A stretch of DNA of 64,000 nucleotides from Eledone cirrhosa (taxonomy: Eukaryota). Of this stretch, positions 39,864-53,602 are shown piece by piece. Location of the stretch: assembly GCA_964016885.1 (NCBI GenBank), contig OZ024743.1, positions 119,102,001 through 119,166,000 of the forward strand, read 5' to 3'. Each line of letters begins with the position of its first letter. Positions within the stretch are counted from its first letter, which is position 1. Under the pieces are notes generated by a model, which saw only the letters and a list, made by a program, of their open reading frames with translations, ran no database searches and was not told the origin of the DNA. A program made the translations under genes and the position numbers.

Positions 39864-40424
39864 GATATATAAGAACAAAAGATGGTTAAAGGAGATCCAT
39901 GTATTTTATTATGCGCATTTCAAAAACAAACATCATCATGCAATAATATTTATACTACAATAAAACTCACCTCCTACATTATATATACATGTATATTTAT
40001 ATATACATAAATATAAAGGTGTGTGTGTGTGTGAGTGTATGTGTGCGTCTGTGTGTTTCTGTGCGCGTGACTTTATGTATGTAAAAGGTAAACAGAAATA
40101 ACAAAAACAACAAAACAAACGGCACAGTACATGGAAGGAATATATTAGCTGAACGCTTGAAATAGCAGGAATATAGTTTTCACGTTTCGGACATTAGTCT
40201 TTCATCAGAATACACAGTTAGAAATAGAAGATAAATAGAAAGTAAAGAGTGATAAGAGGAAGGAACGGGGAAAAATAAGAAAATAATTTGTGGAGCAACG
40301 AACCAAATACATATATCCATTTTATATATATGTATATGCGTGTGTCTGTGTTTGTATGTGTTTGTATGTGTATGTGGGCTTCTGTATGTATGCAGCATTT
40401 AAATATGTATGTATGTATGTTTAT

Positions 40425-40600
40425 GTCGGGTCACTCTTGAGTGCTATTGGTAACATGTAACCTAGTACAACCTGTCGCATGGTGAGGTCGTCGGTGACTA
40501 TACTGGCACCCCCACCAAGTTTACTTTGGACACCCTGCAGGACAAAAAACGAAACCTGACAAAAGGCAGAAGAACTCATAAGAGTCAACGGCCATCCAAA
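40425..40600 (+). mobile_element. Old copy of the RTE-like non-coding element, 5' part
   Basis: Aligns to the reverse complement of about 58100-58240 (CTGGCACCCCCACCAAG, TTTGGACACCCTGCAGGAC, AAGAGTCAACGGCCATCCAAAA). Confidence 0.7.
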
Positions 40601-41081
40601 AATGTGTAAATATGTATATACACATGTACATATGTCTGTATATGTATATATGTATATGCATGTGTGCATATACATGTATATGCATATGCATGGGGACATA
40701 GAAATGTATATGCATGTATATGCTCGGGGACATAGAAATAGTCGGTCTGGATACCCGATCAAATTCTTAGTTGACATTTTGGTGTTTCTAAATTAAATAC
40801 CAACCATATGTATGCATGTATGCTTGTATATGTGTATGTATGGGAGTGAAGGACGCCTAGCATTAGTCAGGGCATTCTTCTAGCAGAAGGTAACTCAGGA
40901 AACTGGGTTAACTGCGATATAAAACCTGCGGCTCAGTAGTTACCGATGATGTTGATCTTTTCTTCTTTTCGGGTTATAGCTACTGTCGCTCAGAGAGTGG
41001 GATTGGCTCAGAGCACAGTCTTCCCTCACTTTAAATCATGTATGTATGTGTGTATGTATGTAAGTATGTATGTATGTATGT

Positions 41082-41483
41082 ATGACCCCTTAGCCTTTGT
41101 CAAGGCAGAATTCTAGGAGAAGGAAAACTCTGATATAACACCTGCAACCCTGATGGTATCCAATGATGTTGACTTGTTCTTCTTTTTGGTAAATATCATC
41201 TTGGTTAAGAGAGTGGGACTGGCTTTGTGCAGTGCCTTTGCTCACTATAAAAGCTTCACGGCACAGGCATTGCTTTATATCTGGAGATCTCTCTGCACTT
41301 GTCGTCACATGGTACCATGGGCCCAGCACTATGTGTCAATAATTGTCACAAGTGTAGTGTTGGTACCAGAGTTTTCAAGTCGCTGGCTGGACTAAAAAGT
41401 CACACTCGCTCAGCGCATCGGTAGGGGTTCTCCTACATGGATGTAAAGTAGTGGCCGTACTCGAAAACGAGTTGGCAGCCACC
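41082..41483 (+). mobile_element. Non-coding RTE-like element with (TATG)n tail, 5' truncated
   Basis: Highly similar to the reverse complement of 57686-58088; contains GGAGAAGGAAAACTCTGA; flanked by (TATG)n. Confidence 0.75.
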
Positions 41484-41594
41484 ATGTATGTATGTATGTA
41501 TGTATGTATGTATGTATGTTTGTATGTATGTATGTATGTATGAATATGTATAGTTTAGTCAGGTGGCCAACACATAGTTTGTGCTTTCGGTCGG

Positions 41595-41639
<45 letters not shown>

Positions 41640-41643
<4 letters not shown>

Positions 41644-42086
41644 ATTAAATAAATGGAAACTATATTTATAAAACCATATTTATTTCATTATATATATTTC
41701 AGGGATATCATATTAACAATATGCTATGCCTTCCTCAGACAAAATACAATATAAACAGTTTTATAGATAAATAGATTCGACATACCGTAACAACATCGAC
41801 TTGCATTTGAAAAGGTTGATTCAACCTTTTCAAATGCAAGTCGATGTTGTTACGGTATGTCGAATCTATTTATCTATAAAACTGTTTATATTGTATTTTG
41901 TCTGAGGAAGGCATAGCATATTGTTAATATGATATCCCTGAAATATATATAATGAAATAAATATGGTTTTATAAATATAGTTTCCATTTATTTAATATTG
42001 TAAATATACTCCAAATATTTGTCGAGTGCTTTTATATCAGTTATAAATATTTACTAGTTGTAACCCAACAATTTAAATATAACTTT

Positions 42087-42089
<3 letters not shown>
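41640..42089 (+). mobile_element. Family C element: perfect 180-bp-arm palindrome plus tail, in (TA)n
   Basis: 41640-41819 is the exact reverse complement of 41821-42000; CTGAGGA 41902, GAAA 41940, TATATA-TA, stem I TATTTTGT/ATGAAATA. Confidence 0.9.
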
Positions 42090-42178
<89 letters not shown>

Positions 42179-42258
42179 CTATATGTGTGCGTATGTGTGT
42201 GTGTATGTGTGTGTGCGTGTATGTGTGTTTAAATATATAAAGAGAGAGAGAGAGAGAT

Positions 42259-42457
42259 CCGGTGTTCGGCTTAAAAGTTCATAGGCTAACTAAGATACTC
42301 TCATGGAATGAGCAAATGATGTTTATTTTTCTACATATATTCTAGAAAGAAACAATGCAGTTATTAATAAGAAACATTGAAATTAATGCATTCTAGATTT
42401 CACAGCTCTAGCATTACTCCTTCGATCAGCTTATGAACTTTTCAGCCCACCCTCGTA
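42259..42457. mobile_element. Tc1/mariner-derived MITE
   Basis: Right end TCAGCTTATGAACTTTTCAGCCCACCCTCGTA; degenerate left end GGCTTAAAAGTTCATAGGCTAA. Confidence 0.65.
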
Positions 42458-43436
42458 CTATCTGTTCCAACACTTACGCACGCATATATTAGTCTATGTG
42501 TCCACACGTATGTGTATGTAAATATAATTTCTGTAGTAAACAGGGGTGCATGAGTGTGTATGAATGAGCGCGCGGGCGTCTGTATATGTTTAACCTTTTT
42601 CGAGTAGGAAGTTGAACGCAAGTTAAGAGCTTGTTGGGGTCTTTATGTATCACGCATCACTGACTTCAAGGTAAATTCCGGTCACTATTTTGACCTCTAC
42701 TTTTTTGTCATATAGACACTCAAGGAAACGCTCTCTCTCACATACATATACTCTCTCTATACGTAAAACTTCATATACAATCACATACACAGAGTGAGGC
42801 TGTCAAGTAGCTGCTAAATTGAAAACCAGCATAAACAACAAAATAAGCAATTATTATTCCACAGCAATGTCACTCGGTCTGTCCATGTATTTTAATGCGT
42901 ATTGCTGGTGAAGGCATAGCAGGGCAGTTAAGAAGACAACCTCTGAATCCTATGGTTTCCGTTTCGATTTTCTTCTGCGATTTTCTTCTACGATTTTCTT
43001 CTGCGATTTTCTTCTGAAACCTGGAAAACTGAAAATATGTGGACGAACTGTACGTATTTAAGGCAACATGGCCAAATGGTTAAGAAGTTCTTTTCGCAAT
43101 TTGTTCATCCTTGTTCCACTCCCATTTTGTAGTATCTGTGAAAATGTCGACCCATATCCTGTGCGGCAAATTGGGTAGTCCAAAACTGTTTGAAAGCCTA
43201 TCGGGTGGACTGTACCTGTAATTCAAAAAAGCCAGCTTTGTCATGCTGAAACTCCCTTAGAATTATGTTTAAAATACACATGTCTGTAGAATACTCTTTA
43301 ATTCTATGGGTGGGTTGTTCAGATAATCGAATAATTGGATTAATCTGTGGGATTCCTGGCTTTCGCGTCGTAGACACTACAATGTAGATATATTTATATA
43401 TATATGTGTTGGCTTGTGTGTGTTTGTGTGTGTGTA

Positions 43437-43480
<44 letters not shown>

Positions 43481-44782
43481 CGTCTGTGTGTGTGTGCGTG
43501 TGCGTGCGTGTTTGTGTGTGTGTTGCTGTTGTTGTTTAGACGTAGGCCAGTACTGATCGAGCTTGTCTCTAATAAGAAATCCCGAATCTATCACCGACTG
43601 ATACCTGAGGCTATTCTCAAACTATTAAAGTTCTGTAAACCTTTGAGCATGTAATAGATCAACTACCTCATCTACTCGGTTGTTTCGTTTTCAGGGAGAA
43701 ATGTATAAGTAATGCTCTCTTAGATTAATTGACACAAAGCCATAAATTTGAACACATTGCGTTGAAGTTTCAGATTCAGTACTGCAAAGCATTTAATCTG
43801 GTAGTATCCCGATTTGGATATTTCACTTCATTAAGTAAATTCATCTCCAGCGGTTTCTATTATGAGCGCAACAATTGTTTGATGAACGGAACGACTTACA
43901 CATAAAATTAGCTTATATATGGTTGAGTATTTCAGACATGTGTACTCATATTGTACGAATAAAGACGAATTATCTCTCCTGGTGAATACTAGAACATCCG
44001 ACTGGTTTATAAAATGTTTCCATAAACTCAATTTCTCTCACAATGCTTGCGTCGATCCAAGATTGTGATGAAGGACAGTGCGATTAAACCTGGGGCCTCA
44101 TGATTGCAAAGCGACCTTCTTCGTTATTCGGCCATACTTGTTAAATCATAAGTAAATGATAAGTAAATGAGGAGGACGTGGCGAGAAGCGGTCGTAGCAA
44201 ATACGACCCAGCAACACGTACAAAAATGCAGTATGCGTAATACTTAATTTTTGTCGATCAATTTCACCAACCTTTTGTTTTCTCGTTGGTATAATTAATC
44301 ATTCTTATGAATGTAGATAGTTTCCGTGGGTAAGATAGTAATTTTATCAACGTGCTGCAAAATATCCATAAGTATCAATATTTGTATATTAGTACGTATG
44401 GTGTGGGGCACTATTTAGAGCTATTTTTTTCGTTTGTAAATTTTCTTGATCAAATTAATTTTTGCCTGATAAAATTTCAAGATCATCCCCCAGGAAATAT
44501 TCAATATTCATTAAAATTAGTAGTTATATTAATGAATTAAAAAAAGAAACACGAAAGCAAAAAATTACTTGATAAACAAAAATTCAGTTTTGCCTTTGTT
44601 ACATATCAATATTGACATTTGTGAATAATTCATCGTGAGCTTCTAGGTTATTTTTGTCATGAAAAGCCGTTGAGTAGTCGTTCGAACAGCTAGGGACAAC
44701 AACCTAAACATTTTCAACTGCCATTGCCACTGTCTTAAAATAGGATGATATAGCTCTAGATACACTATGTCTAAAAAAATTA

Positions 44783-44990
44783 ATGATTTCTACTATAGGC
44801 ACAAGGCCAGCAATTTGGGGGAGGGAAAATCGATTAAATCAACCCTCAGTGCATTATTGGTGCTTTATTTTATCGACCTCCTAAGGATGAAAGGCAAAGC
44901 TAACCTCGGCGGAATGTGAACTCAGAACGCAAAGGTCCGTAACTCTATGTCGCAAAGCATGGTATCTGAGACTTTACTGATACTGCTATT
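44783..44990 (-). mobile_element. SINE family S long form
   Basis: Reverse-complement consensus match. Confidence 0.85.
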
Positions 44991-46087
44991 GGACGTTCAG
45001 GGATGGAACACATTTGGTGAAAGGTCTGCTCAATCAGCATTGACCTGTGGCATCACCAACGTTATAAATGATTAGGAAAAACCATCTGTAGAAACCGCAA
45101 TAATAATGAGGACAAATTTTAATAAATATATAATAATAATACCAACCGCCATCTTATGGATTTACAGTCATGCCATTTAGTAACTTAATGTACTAAATTA
45201 GTTGATTCCTAGATTGTCTTCATATGCCATTTTATTATAGAGCAGCACTAAAAGCGGAGAAACAAGTTGGTAGACTAAGAATTCAATTAGATAGCGTGAG
45301 CTAAATTCTATAGATATATTCTGCAGTACAGTATAGCATTGAAACAGACCGCCAGAGATTTATTAATCGAATTCTCTATGCGATTTATATGGGTGCTTAG
45401 AGTAGGATTAGAAGCAGTGATTCTATGGACAGTTAAAGATAGTACTCGGTCACTGATGAAATCGTCTGACAGAACTGAAATTAATGCGGGTGATTACATA
45501 TTTTCTTTCGACGGTGATATACAGTGTTGGATAAAATCCATAGATGTATTCTGTAGTAGGGAATGACGCCTAATAATTCAGGCATGACATTACTTTCAAC
45601 ATATCTTTCGAAATGTAGGTACTGAAAGACGTTTCTTGTCATCTTCATTAAAAACGTTCACGGTCTAATGACAGCATTTCGTCATCAATACATGTTTAAA
45701 TAACATGAATGTAAAAGGAATGCTTCATGCACTAAATACCAGTCATAATCTTCATAAACAACGTATTCAAAAGGCCTCATATGTCATCCCTTTTTGCTAT
45801 AGTTATAACAAACATTAATACAAAGTGATAATAAGAGTGTATAAAACAAAAAAATAAATTAAATAATGATAATTCTTCCTCCGCTTTTACTCATTGGATT
45901 GCATCGTTTAGCTTAATTGTTCTACATTCTCAGGCGTAATCTAACTCATTCATCTGAGTTGACTTCCCTTTTCATCCGTTTGAGATTGATGTCATAAGTT
46001 TCCTCTACAATTTGGACTTCATTCAATCTAGTATACTAGTATCATGTAAATATTTACATAATAATCAGTTTCAAAAATCGATTATCA

Positions 46088-46140
<53 letters not shown>

Positions 46141-46217
46141 GTTCTTTGAGTCTCAGTCATTGATGTTAGTTAACTGGAAAGTTTGTTGAAATGAATATCA
46201 AGCCACTACCTGCAGCC

Positions 46218-46967
46218 TCAGATATTCAGAACGTATCGGAAGATTCTTGCTGTTCCCAGCAAGCATGCCTTTTGAAGTGTTCCAAAAAGCGGGGCTGAAC
46301 TAACTTTCTTTAACCATCCTTGGAAACTCTTTGAGATAGTACCTAGTGCGCCTATGACAATCGGGACCACTTTGACTTCGCAGTTCCAATTCCTTTTTAC
46401 CTCCCACTTTAAGTCCTGGTAGCGGTTAATTTTCTCCCTCTCCTTCTCTTGCACTCTCGTGTCGAATGGGCAGGCCACAACCACAATCAGGCACGATCTT
46501 TTTTCCTTGTCCAAAACCACCAGGTCAGGTCTATTGTGTTCCAGTTTCTTGTCCGTCTGTATCCTAAAATCCCACAGCACCTGATCGTTTTCTATCACCG
46601 ACTCTGGCTTATGCTCATACCACTTCTCAGAATGTGGTAAATTGTTTACTTTGCATAGGTGCCAGTGGATCACCCTGCCCATCACATCATGTCCCCAGCC
46701 TTTATAGTGAGTCTGGGCTAGGTGTTTACACTCGGATACAATGTGAGCCACAGTCTCCTCTCTCTCTCCACAGATCCTACACAGTGGGCTAGCCTCCTCC
46801 TTGTAAATATTGTGTTTCAGCCACTTCGTTTTGAGGGCCTGCTCTTGCGCAGCCATTAGCATTCCTTCTGTAGCCTTTTTAAGGTCTCCTCTTTTCAACC
46901 AGTTCCATGTCTGTGCATGTCTGAATTCAGTTTTCTCAAAGAAGGTATTATGAAGGGATTTTTTCAT
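46218..46967 (-). pseudogene. CCHC zinc knuckle + RLE endonuclease of the LINE
   Basis: CRICGEREETVAHIVSEC; NRPDLVVLDK; EKINRYQDL; VVPIVIGALG; some conserved residues are altered (GHD for RHD, VVACP for DVACP). Confidence 0.88.
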
Positions 46968-48322
46968 GAAAGTTGCTCTTTCTCCTTGTTTTTATTTCCT
47001 CCCTGGACATCCCCTGGTCTATTGTCCTCTCCTTCAGTACAATTCTGAGCATTGGCTCCCTACTATCAGTCACGTATTTGTGTAGGTTGTTTTTCTCCAT
47101 CTGAACACAGTCCTCTATGCTGATAAGACCTCTTCCACCTTCAGATCTTCTTAAGTAGAGTCTATCGACATCACTCCTCTTGTGGAACATATTGTAGATA
47201 GTCAATAGCTTCATAGTTTTCCTATGCATTTCTTTTTGTTCAGCAATATTCCATTTCAGAATTCCCGCACTGTACCTAATAATAGACACAGCTCGGGAAT
47301 TTACTGCACTTATGGCATTCCTACTGTTCAGATGCGATTTTAATACGCTCCTTACTCTCCGAATGTATTCGGATCTTATCAATTCCTTCATTTTTTTGTT
47401 CTTGATGTCATCTGCCTCCAGAACACCTAAATATTTGTATCCTTCTTCAGTGTCAATTTCCTTTATCATCTCACCTGTTGGTATCTGGATTCCGTTGCTT
47501 CTGCTCAATTTACACCTCTTCATCACTAGGACTCCACACTTGTTAATACGAAATTGCATACATATATCATTGCTGAAAATACGGACAGTGTCAACAAGCA
47601 CATCCAACTCCTTCTCACTCTTCCCGAAGAGCTTAAGATCGTCCATGAAGAGGAGGTGATTGATGGTAAGCTCTCCCTTTCCCAACTTGTATCCTGCTCT
47701 CACCTTTCGCAGTATAATGGCCAGGGGAATCAGGGCAAGGACAAACAACAGAGGGGACAAACTATCTCCCTGGAAGATACCTCTCTTGATCTTCACGCTT
47801 CCCAAGGATCCTCCACCCGATGTTAACTCTGTTTTCCAAGACTTCATACTTTTGCTCAACAACTGTCTGATGTTATCTGCCACCTTGAAGATCTCTAGGC
47901 TTTTGGTGATCCAAGAATGAGGCACCATGTCAAATGCCTTTTTGTAGTCTATCCATCCCATGGCAAGACCAGTGTGTTTCCTCTTGCAATTCCTCATTAC
48001 CATCTTATCAATAAGTAATTGGTCCTTTGTACCACGGGACTTCTTTCCACATCCTTTCTGTTCGTCCGGTAACAAGTTGTTTATGTGGAGATGATGGTAG
48101 ATTTCCCCGGACATTAACAGTTAACAGTTTCCACATTACGGACAGACATGTGATAGGTCTATAGTTGGTAACATCATTACCCTTGATTCGGTCTTTCATT
48201 ACCAGAACTGTGGTACCTTTTGTCAACCACTCTGGTACCTCACCTGACATCAAGCAGTCATTGAACATGGTTGTCAGTTTCGGGTGGAGGGATGTTATAT
48301 TTTTAATCCAATACCCCTGCAC
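46948..48322 (-). pseudogene. Reverse transcriptase domain of the R4/Dong-type LINE
   Basis: [64 protein letters not shown]. Confidence 0.92.
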
Positions 48323-49811
48323 ACCCTCTGGTTGGTTAGTTTTTTGGCCTGCCCCTTAAGAGTTTCAACTGTGATACTCAAATCAGTTTGTTGGTGTACC
48401 TGTTCACTAATCTCCTTTTGTACTGTCTCAATCCACGCTGCCTGATCATTATGTTTAACATCCTGCTCCCATATTCCTCTCCAGGATGTCTTAGTCTGTT
48501 CCGCCTTAGGGATCAAGTCGTTGCCTCTTTCTTTCCCTTCAAGCTGTCCAAACAACATCTTCTGGTTGTTGTCAAACATGCGGTTCTGTCTATACTGACT
48601 CTGCCCTCGTATCGCCTAATCTTTGCACTCTTTGCTACAATGCGTTGCTTCAGTTCCTCTATGATAATATTTAGCTTTTTCTTCCTAGTTTTGTACTTTA
48701 TTTCCAGTCTATTTTTAGTGTCTATGTTTTGTAGTGTCCCATTAGGTAGGGACTCAAGCTTTCCAATGTCATTTCTCATTTCCCTGATTTGACCATTCAG
48801 TCATTTCTTCCACTAAGGTTCTTATCTTTCTTGTTTGTTGTTTCCTCTCGCTTTTATGCCAAGTAATTTCCTCACCGCATTTGCTGTTGCTTTGAGGATA
48901 TTGTTGCACTGGTGAAGGTTCCTCGCCTCAAGGTATGGGATGACTTTGTTTACATTAGCTGTTGTTTCTTTTAACTTTTTCCTGTCTACAAATCTTAGGT
49001 TCATAGGTTTCCCACTATCATTGTTCATTTCATCTACCACTAAGTTTAGGATATCAACCAAATCTTGTCCTAGCCCGTCAGCATTCATTTCCTCAATGGC
49101 CGTATCTTTGTTCCAGGTATTATTTATTTCAGCATTCAGATCATTGTCTGCGTTTTGTTCATCTAATTTAAATAGACCAATCTCGTTCCAGATGTTATGC
49201 ATCCGATTATTATTATTATGAGCCTCTTGACTCTTCAAATGAAGCAGAAATTATCTTCATAAAATGAAAATACGACAATGCTCTGTACAAAGTATATAAA
49301 ATTATTTATTTTCTCTACAGAAGTATAACAATATACATTGTTCGAATTTGCGTCCCTAAGTCTACGAAAGAAAGTTTAATAGCCCAGATAAGAAATGTCA
49401 TAAACCCCTTCATGCCTTTTTACTAATTTACTTCAGATCATAATATACGTTGAGATTGAAATAGGACTGACCTCGTCAGTAAGGTCATAGACTCACCTGT
49501 CTAACTGAGTAAACTTTTCAACCGATAAGTGATTTCATGTAATGATAATATGACGTCGAACATTTTCAATGCACAATTAAAATAGAGAAGGTAAAGATGT
49601 GGATTAGAGTTTATATTTTAACAATAGAGATGCCAGAATTCTTTTTTTATTTTTTAGTTGGCAGGAACCTTTTTTTCTAAACATAGCTTAGATATAACCA
49701 TACGGTATGTAATCAGTCGATTAATATATATACACCACAACAAATAATTCATTTCTTAGAAGTTATATTTAATGCGCGCTCAAACACACACTCATTTACA
49801 TATATATATAA

Positions 49812-49871
<60 letters not shown>

Positions 49872-50347
49872 TTATACTATACACACGCTAACACTCACAC
49901 ATAAGCACAAACACGTACACACACATATACATACACATACACACACAAACACAAACACACATATATATTGTTATATTTTGGTCCAGGTACTTCTCTCAGA
50001 AATTCGTTACAGTGTTTGCGTTAGTAGAGTAGGATGACACACACATACAAACACACATACGCACACACATACACGTACACGCACACACATACACGCATGA
50101 TGATCGAACCTTGGTCAATTATTCAGTATTCACTTTTGGATTAGATAACCATCTGCTCAAATCATTCCCCGCTCATAAATTTATATTTAAGGCACATGAG
50201 ATAGCTTTCTAATGGACTAGATTCTAATCGATCATAGGCCCGCATCTATCGCTAGCCCCCCGGGTTATGTGGGATATATGAGTGTTTATGTAAAACCCAC
50301 ATTTACAGAACTCCCGTAAAAAGATACATAAATAGACACAAAAAAGC

Positions 50348-50391
<44 letters not shown>

Positions 50392-50624
50392 TATATAAGA
50401 GCGGGTGGGGGGCAGAGAAAGCGGGCACACACACAAAATAAACAAAATGGCTAAATGAGAGGTTGTATCTCCCTGTACACACAAAGGAGAGAAACTTTAG
50501 TCTAACCACTTTGTTTACTTTTCACAGCGAGGTTAAATTGTATGTTTATAAAGAAATTATACCTTACATTTCAAATTACACTATTACTCTCATAAAAGTA
50601 CGTAATGCACTTATTAATTACTTA

Positions 50625-50667
<43 letters not shown>

Positions 50668-50672
<5 letters not shown>

Positions 50673-50745
50673 TAAAATAAGAGATTAAAGTTTAAGCAAA
50701 GAATCGCTGCTTTCACCCATAACGGGATCTTCTGAAACTCATTAC
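50668..50745 (-). mobile_element. Family H arm with degenerate hammerhead core, in (TA)n
   Basis: Minus: CAGAAGA-TCCC-gttat-GGGT-GAAA-GCAGCGATTC...ATTTTAATAAA. Confidence 0.55.
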
Positions 50746-50784
50746 TATATATATATATATATATATATAAGCATATATATATAT

Positions 50785-50862
<78 letters not shown>

Positions 50863-51019
50863 TAAATTATCAGTGTATTTGATTTCAAATGGTTTGAATG
50901 TAATTAACTGCACGAAGAAAAATGTAAATCTTGAATATGTATATTTCTAGATAAAAATATTTTTCAGAAACCAACTACTGCTGCCAAGAAACGCGATATA
51001 AACTCAAGAAGTTAAGATG

Positions 51020-51126
<107 letters not shown>

Positions 51127-51276
51127 TAAATATATTGAATTAGACTAATATATATTAAATTAACGTTAATATAAGACCACATGAGAGTCATTACAACTTA
51201 AATAAAGTAAAAATAAAATGTATTATTACACTTATTAGTTGAGTTTGTGGAGGAAAAGTCTGTAGATGAGGTATGA

Positions 51277-51933
51277 TATACATAATTAATTTACGCTACA
51301 AAAACTCATAACTAATAGGACGCACATTTCAATGACTGGTTTTAGTCATCTCGTCGGCTTTTAATTATGAAGAAATTGAACATCCTAAAGTAATCAGGAC
51401 CATACATGAACGAGCTATGACATATTTAGCCTCTAGTAAGAAATGCCTAAATACCCTCCTCAAATTCTTCAGTCGCTGTCCACGTGAATCTAAAACTCAT
51501 TCTAAGAAAAAAAACTGGTCTAGACAAGATTGAAATTATCAATTGATTACCCGAAAAAACACTCATTTGATGTTCAGCTTTCAAAAAAGATCTCCTTCTT
51601 TAAACCTTCTGTTAACTTTAACTTGCCACCCTTTCGCAATTATAATAACATATTAATTTACCACCCCGATTCTTATTTTCTGCTATATTTGATATAACAG
51701 ACAAACATAATCTTTATATACTAAATTAGTTGATAATAATTTACTACCTTTACATATTTAACTCTAAAGTTCTCCCCCCGCCCCTAAACTAGAACTATTT
51801 TGTTAACACTGGAAAGAATTCATTTCCATTTTGATTAAAAGCCGATAAGATGAGTAAATTCAGTCACTAAAAGATGTGTCCTATTAATTATGAGCTTTTT
51901 GTATGTTTTGTAGTGCAAATTGGTTATGTATAT
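51277..51933. mobile_element. Old MITE/DNA-transposon derivative with about 90-bp imperfect terminal inverted repeats
   Basis: TACAAAAACTCATAACTAATAGGAC...CATCTCGTCGGCTTTTAAT (51297-51365) versus ATTAAAAGCCGATAAGATG...GTCCTATTAATTATGAGCTTTTTGTA (51834-51903). Confidence 0.7.
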
Positions 51934-51990
51934 GTGTATATATATATATACACTGTTGCAACTAATGATTTATATATATATATATATATA

Positions 51991-52037
51991 TTTATTAAAA
52001 TAAATCTTTGGATTTTAGTCTTCAATTTTATTATTAT

Positions 52038-52040
<3 letters not shown>
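51991..52040 (+). mobile_element. Family H minimal copy (short inverted arm + tail) in (TA)n
   Basis: TTTATTAAAATAA followed by ATCTTTGGATTTTAGTCTTCAATTTTATTATTATTAC. Confidence 0.6.
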
Positions 52041-52073
<33 letters not shown>

Positions 52074-52589
52074 AAAAAGGAAAAGAAAATGCTGACAAAT
52101 GTGATACATATAAATGAAAAATAGAGCGAGAAACGGGACTGTCCATCATCAGTGATCTTCTGACTATCATCGATATTTCTTCGCATTAAAGATCAGATAC
52201 CTCAGAGTCAGTGCGAGCAGTAACCAAAATAAGTTATTGGGACAAAAAGATTGGGTGGAGAAAGAGAGACATGTAAACAAACAAATTGGTGATGCAACGT
52301 AAAGAGAGGAAATGAGAAACAATTGAATGATACATGTGAACTAAAGTTCTAGCAAATCAATAACGAGAAGAAGAAGGACGCTTCCGAACCCTGCGAAAGG
52401 TGAGCGAGAAAAGGATTTCACACAGGTCAGACGGGAGGAAGTGAGAGAGGGGGAGTAGCAGAGAGTGAGTGAGTGAAAGTGTGAGGAAGAGGCCCGCCGA
52501 GAGAGTGTGACCAGCAGAGGGGGTGAATGAAAGTAAGAGGTACAAGGAGAGAGAATGGGGAGAGAGAAAGAGGATAGCAGTAAGGTGAC

Positions 52590-52638
<49 letters not shown>

Positions 52639-52640
<2 letters not shown>

Positions 52641-52826
52641 TGAGATTCTACAGGACTAGAACTGTTTCATTCATTAGAAATCATCAGGAATCTGATTCCT
52701 GATGATTTCTAATGAATGAAACAGTTCTAGTCCTGTAGAATCTCATCTATATTAAAATTTTTATACTCTGCTATGTATTGAGTACCTTACTTACTGTGGT
52801 TACCTCCGACTCAACCCGGAATAACG
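52639..52826 (+). mobile_element. Family B fold-back element with complete hammerhead motifs on both strands
   Basis: Plus: GATTC(52694) CTGATGA ... GAAA(52718) CAG..CTG TA GAATC; exact inverse at 52644-52692. Confidence 0.88.
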
Positions 52827-53602
52827 TATATATATATATATATATTCACACGCTTGACAATTGAATACATATATATGTAAAAGGGCGAATATATATAATT
52901 ATCCAGAAATGATTTTCTACACTTAGATAAACACAAAATACAATCCCTTCTACAAAACATATGTTTAATAATCATGGAAGGATGAACACTAAATACATTT
53001 CGACACAGTAAAACAAGAGAAAAATAGTAGAATTGAGGAAATGCACACTTGAATGAAAAGAATGAGAGATAGAAATAAATAGATCGATCGATAGATAGAT
53101 AGATAGAGGGAGAAAGGCATAGGGAGAGAGAGAAATAGAGAAGAGAGAGAGACCATCATCAATATTTTGAATAATAGTTATTTAGCGAGTGGGTAATTTT
53201 CTAAAACAGGATGTCTTTAACTCCGATGGCAAAACAAAGGAAAATAAATAGTGGTGACAATAAAATATAAAAAAAAAAGTTTACATAAACAAAAAAATTA
53301 ACAAAAAAAAAAGAATATAGCGAAATGCGGGTAGGAGGGCCTACAATAAGCAAAAAAAAATGAAAATATAAAAAAAAAACAAGTAGAGGAAAGAAAGAAG
53401 TGAATGAGGAATGACACAATAGAAGATGTCAAGATTCGCTTATCAATACACCTTCACGGAAACAACTTTTCAAGCAATAACAAATCTCTTTGAATTAAGT
53501 GTAAGAAAAAAGCAAGCAGTAGACAGCTGTGGCAGTAGTAATAGCTGTTTGGCTATGGCAGTAGAGGAACAGTAGAAGCAGTAGCCATAGCAGTAGTAGA
53601 TA

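Larger units (their letters stand above)
46141..49205 (-). mobile_element. R4/Dong-type non-LTR retrotransposon (RT + CCHC + restriction-like endonuclease), 5' truncated and frameshifted, in (TAA)n
   Basis: ORF pieces 48822-49205, 48513-48779, 48295-48579, 48008-48322, 46948-48114, 46218-46967; (TAA)n on both flanks. Confidence 0.9.

Noticed and set aside
41090-41395. Duplicated 72-80 aa ORFs shared with 57775-58059
   Set aside because: They lie inside a repeat, are open on both strands, have no recognisable motif and are disrupted in older copies
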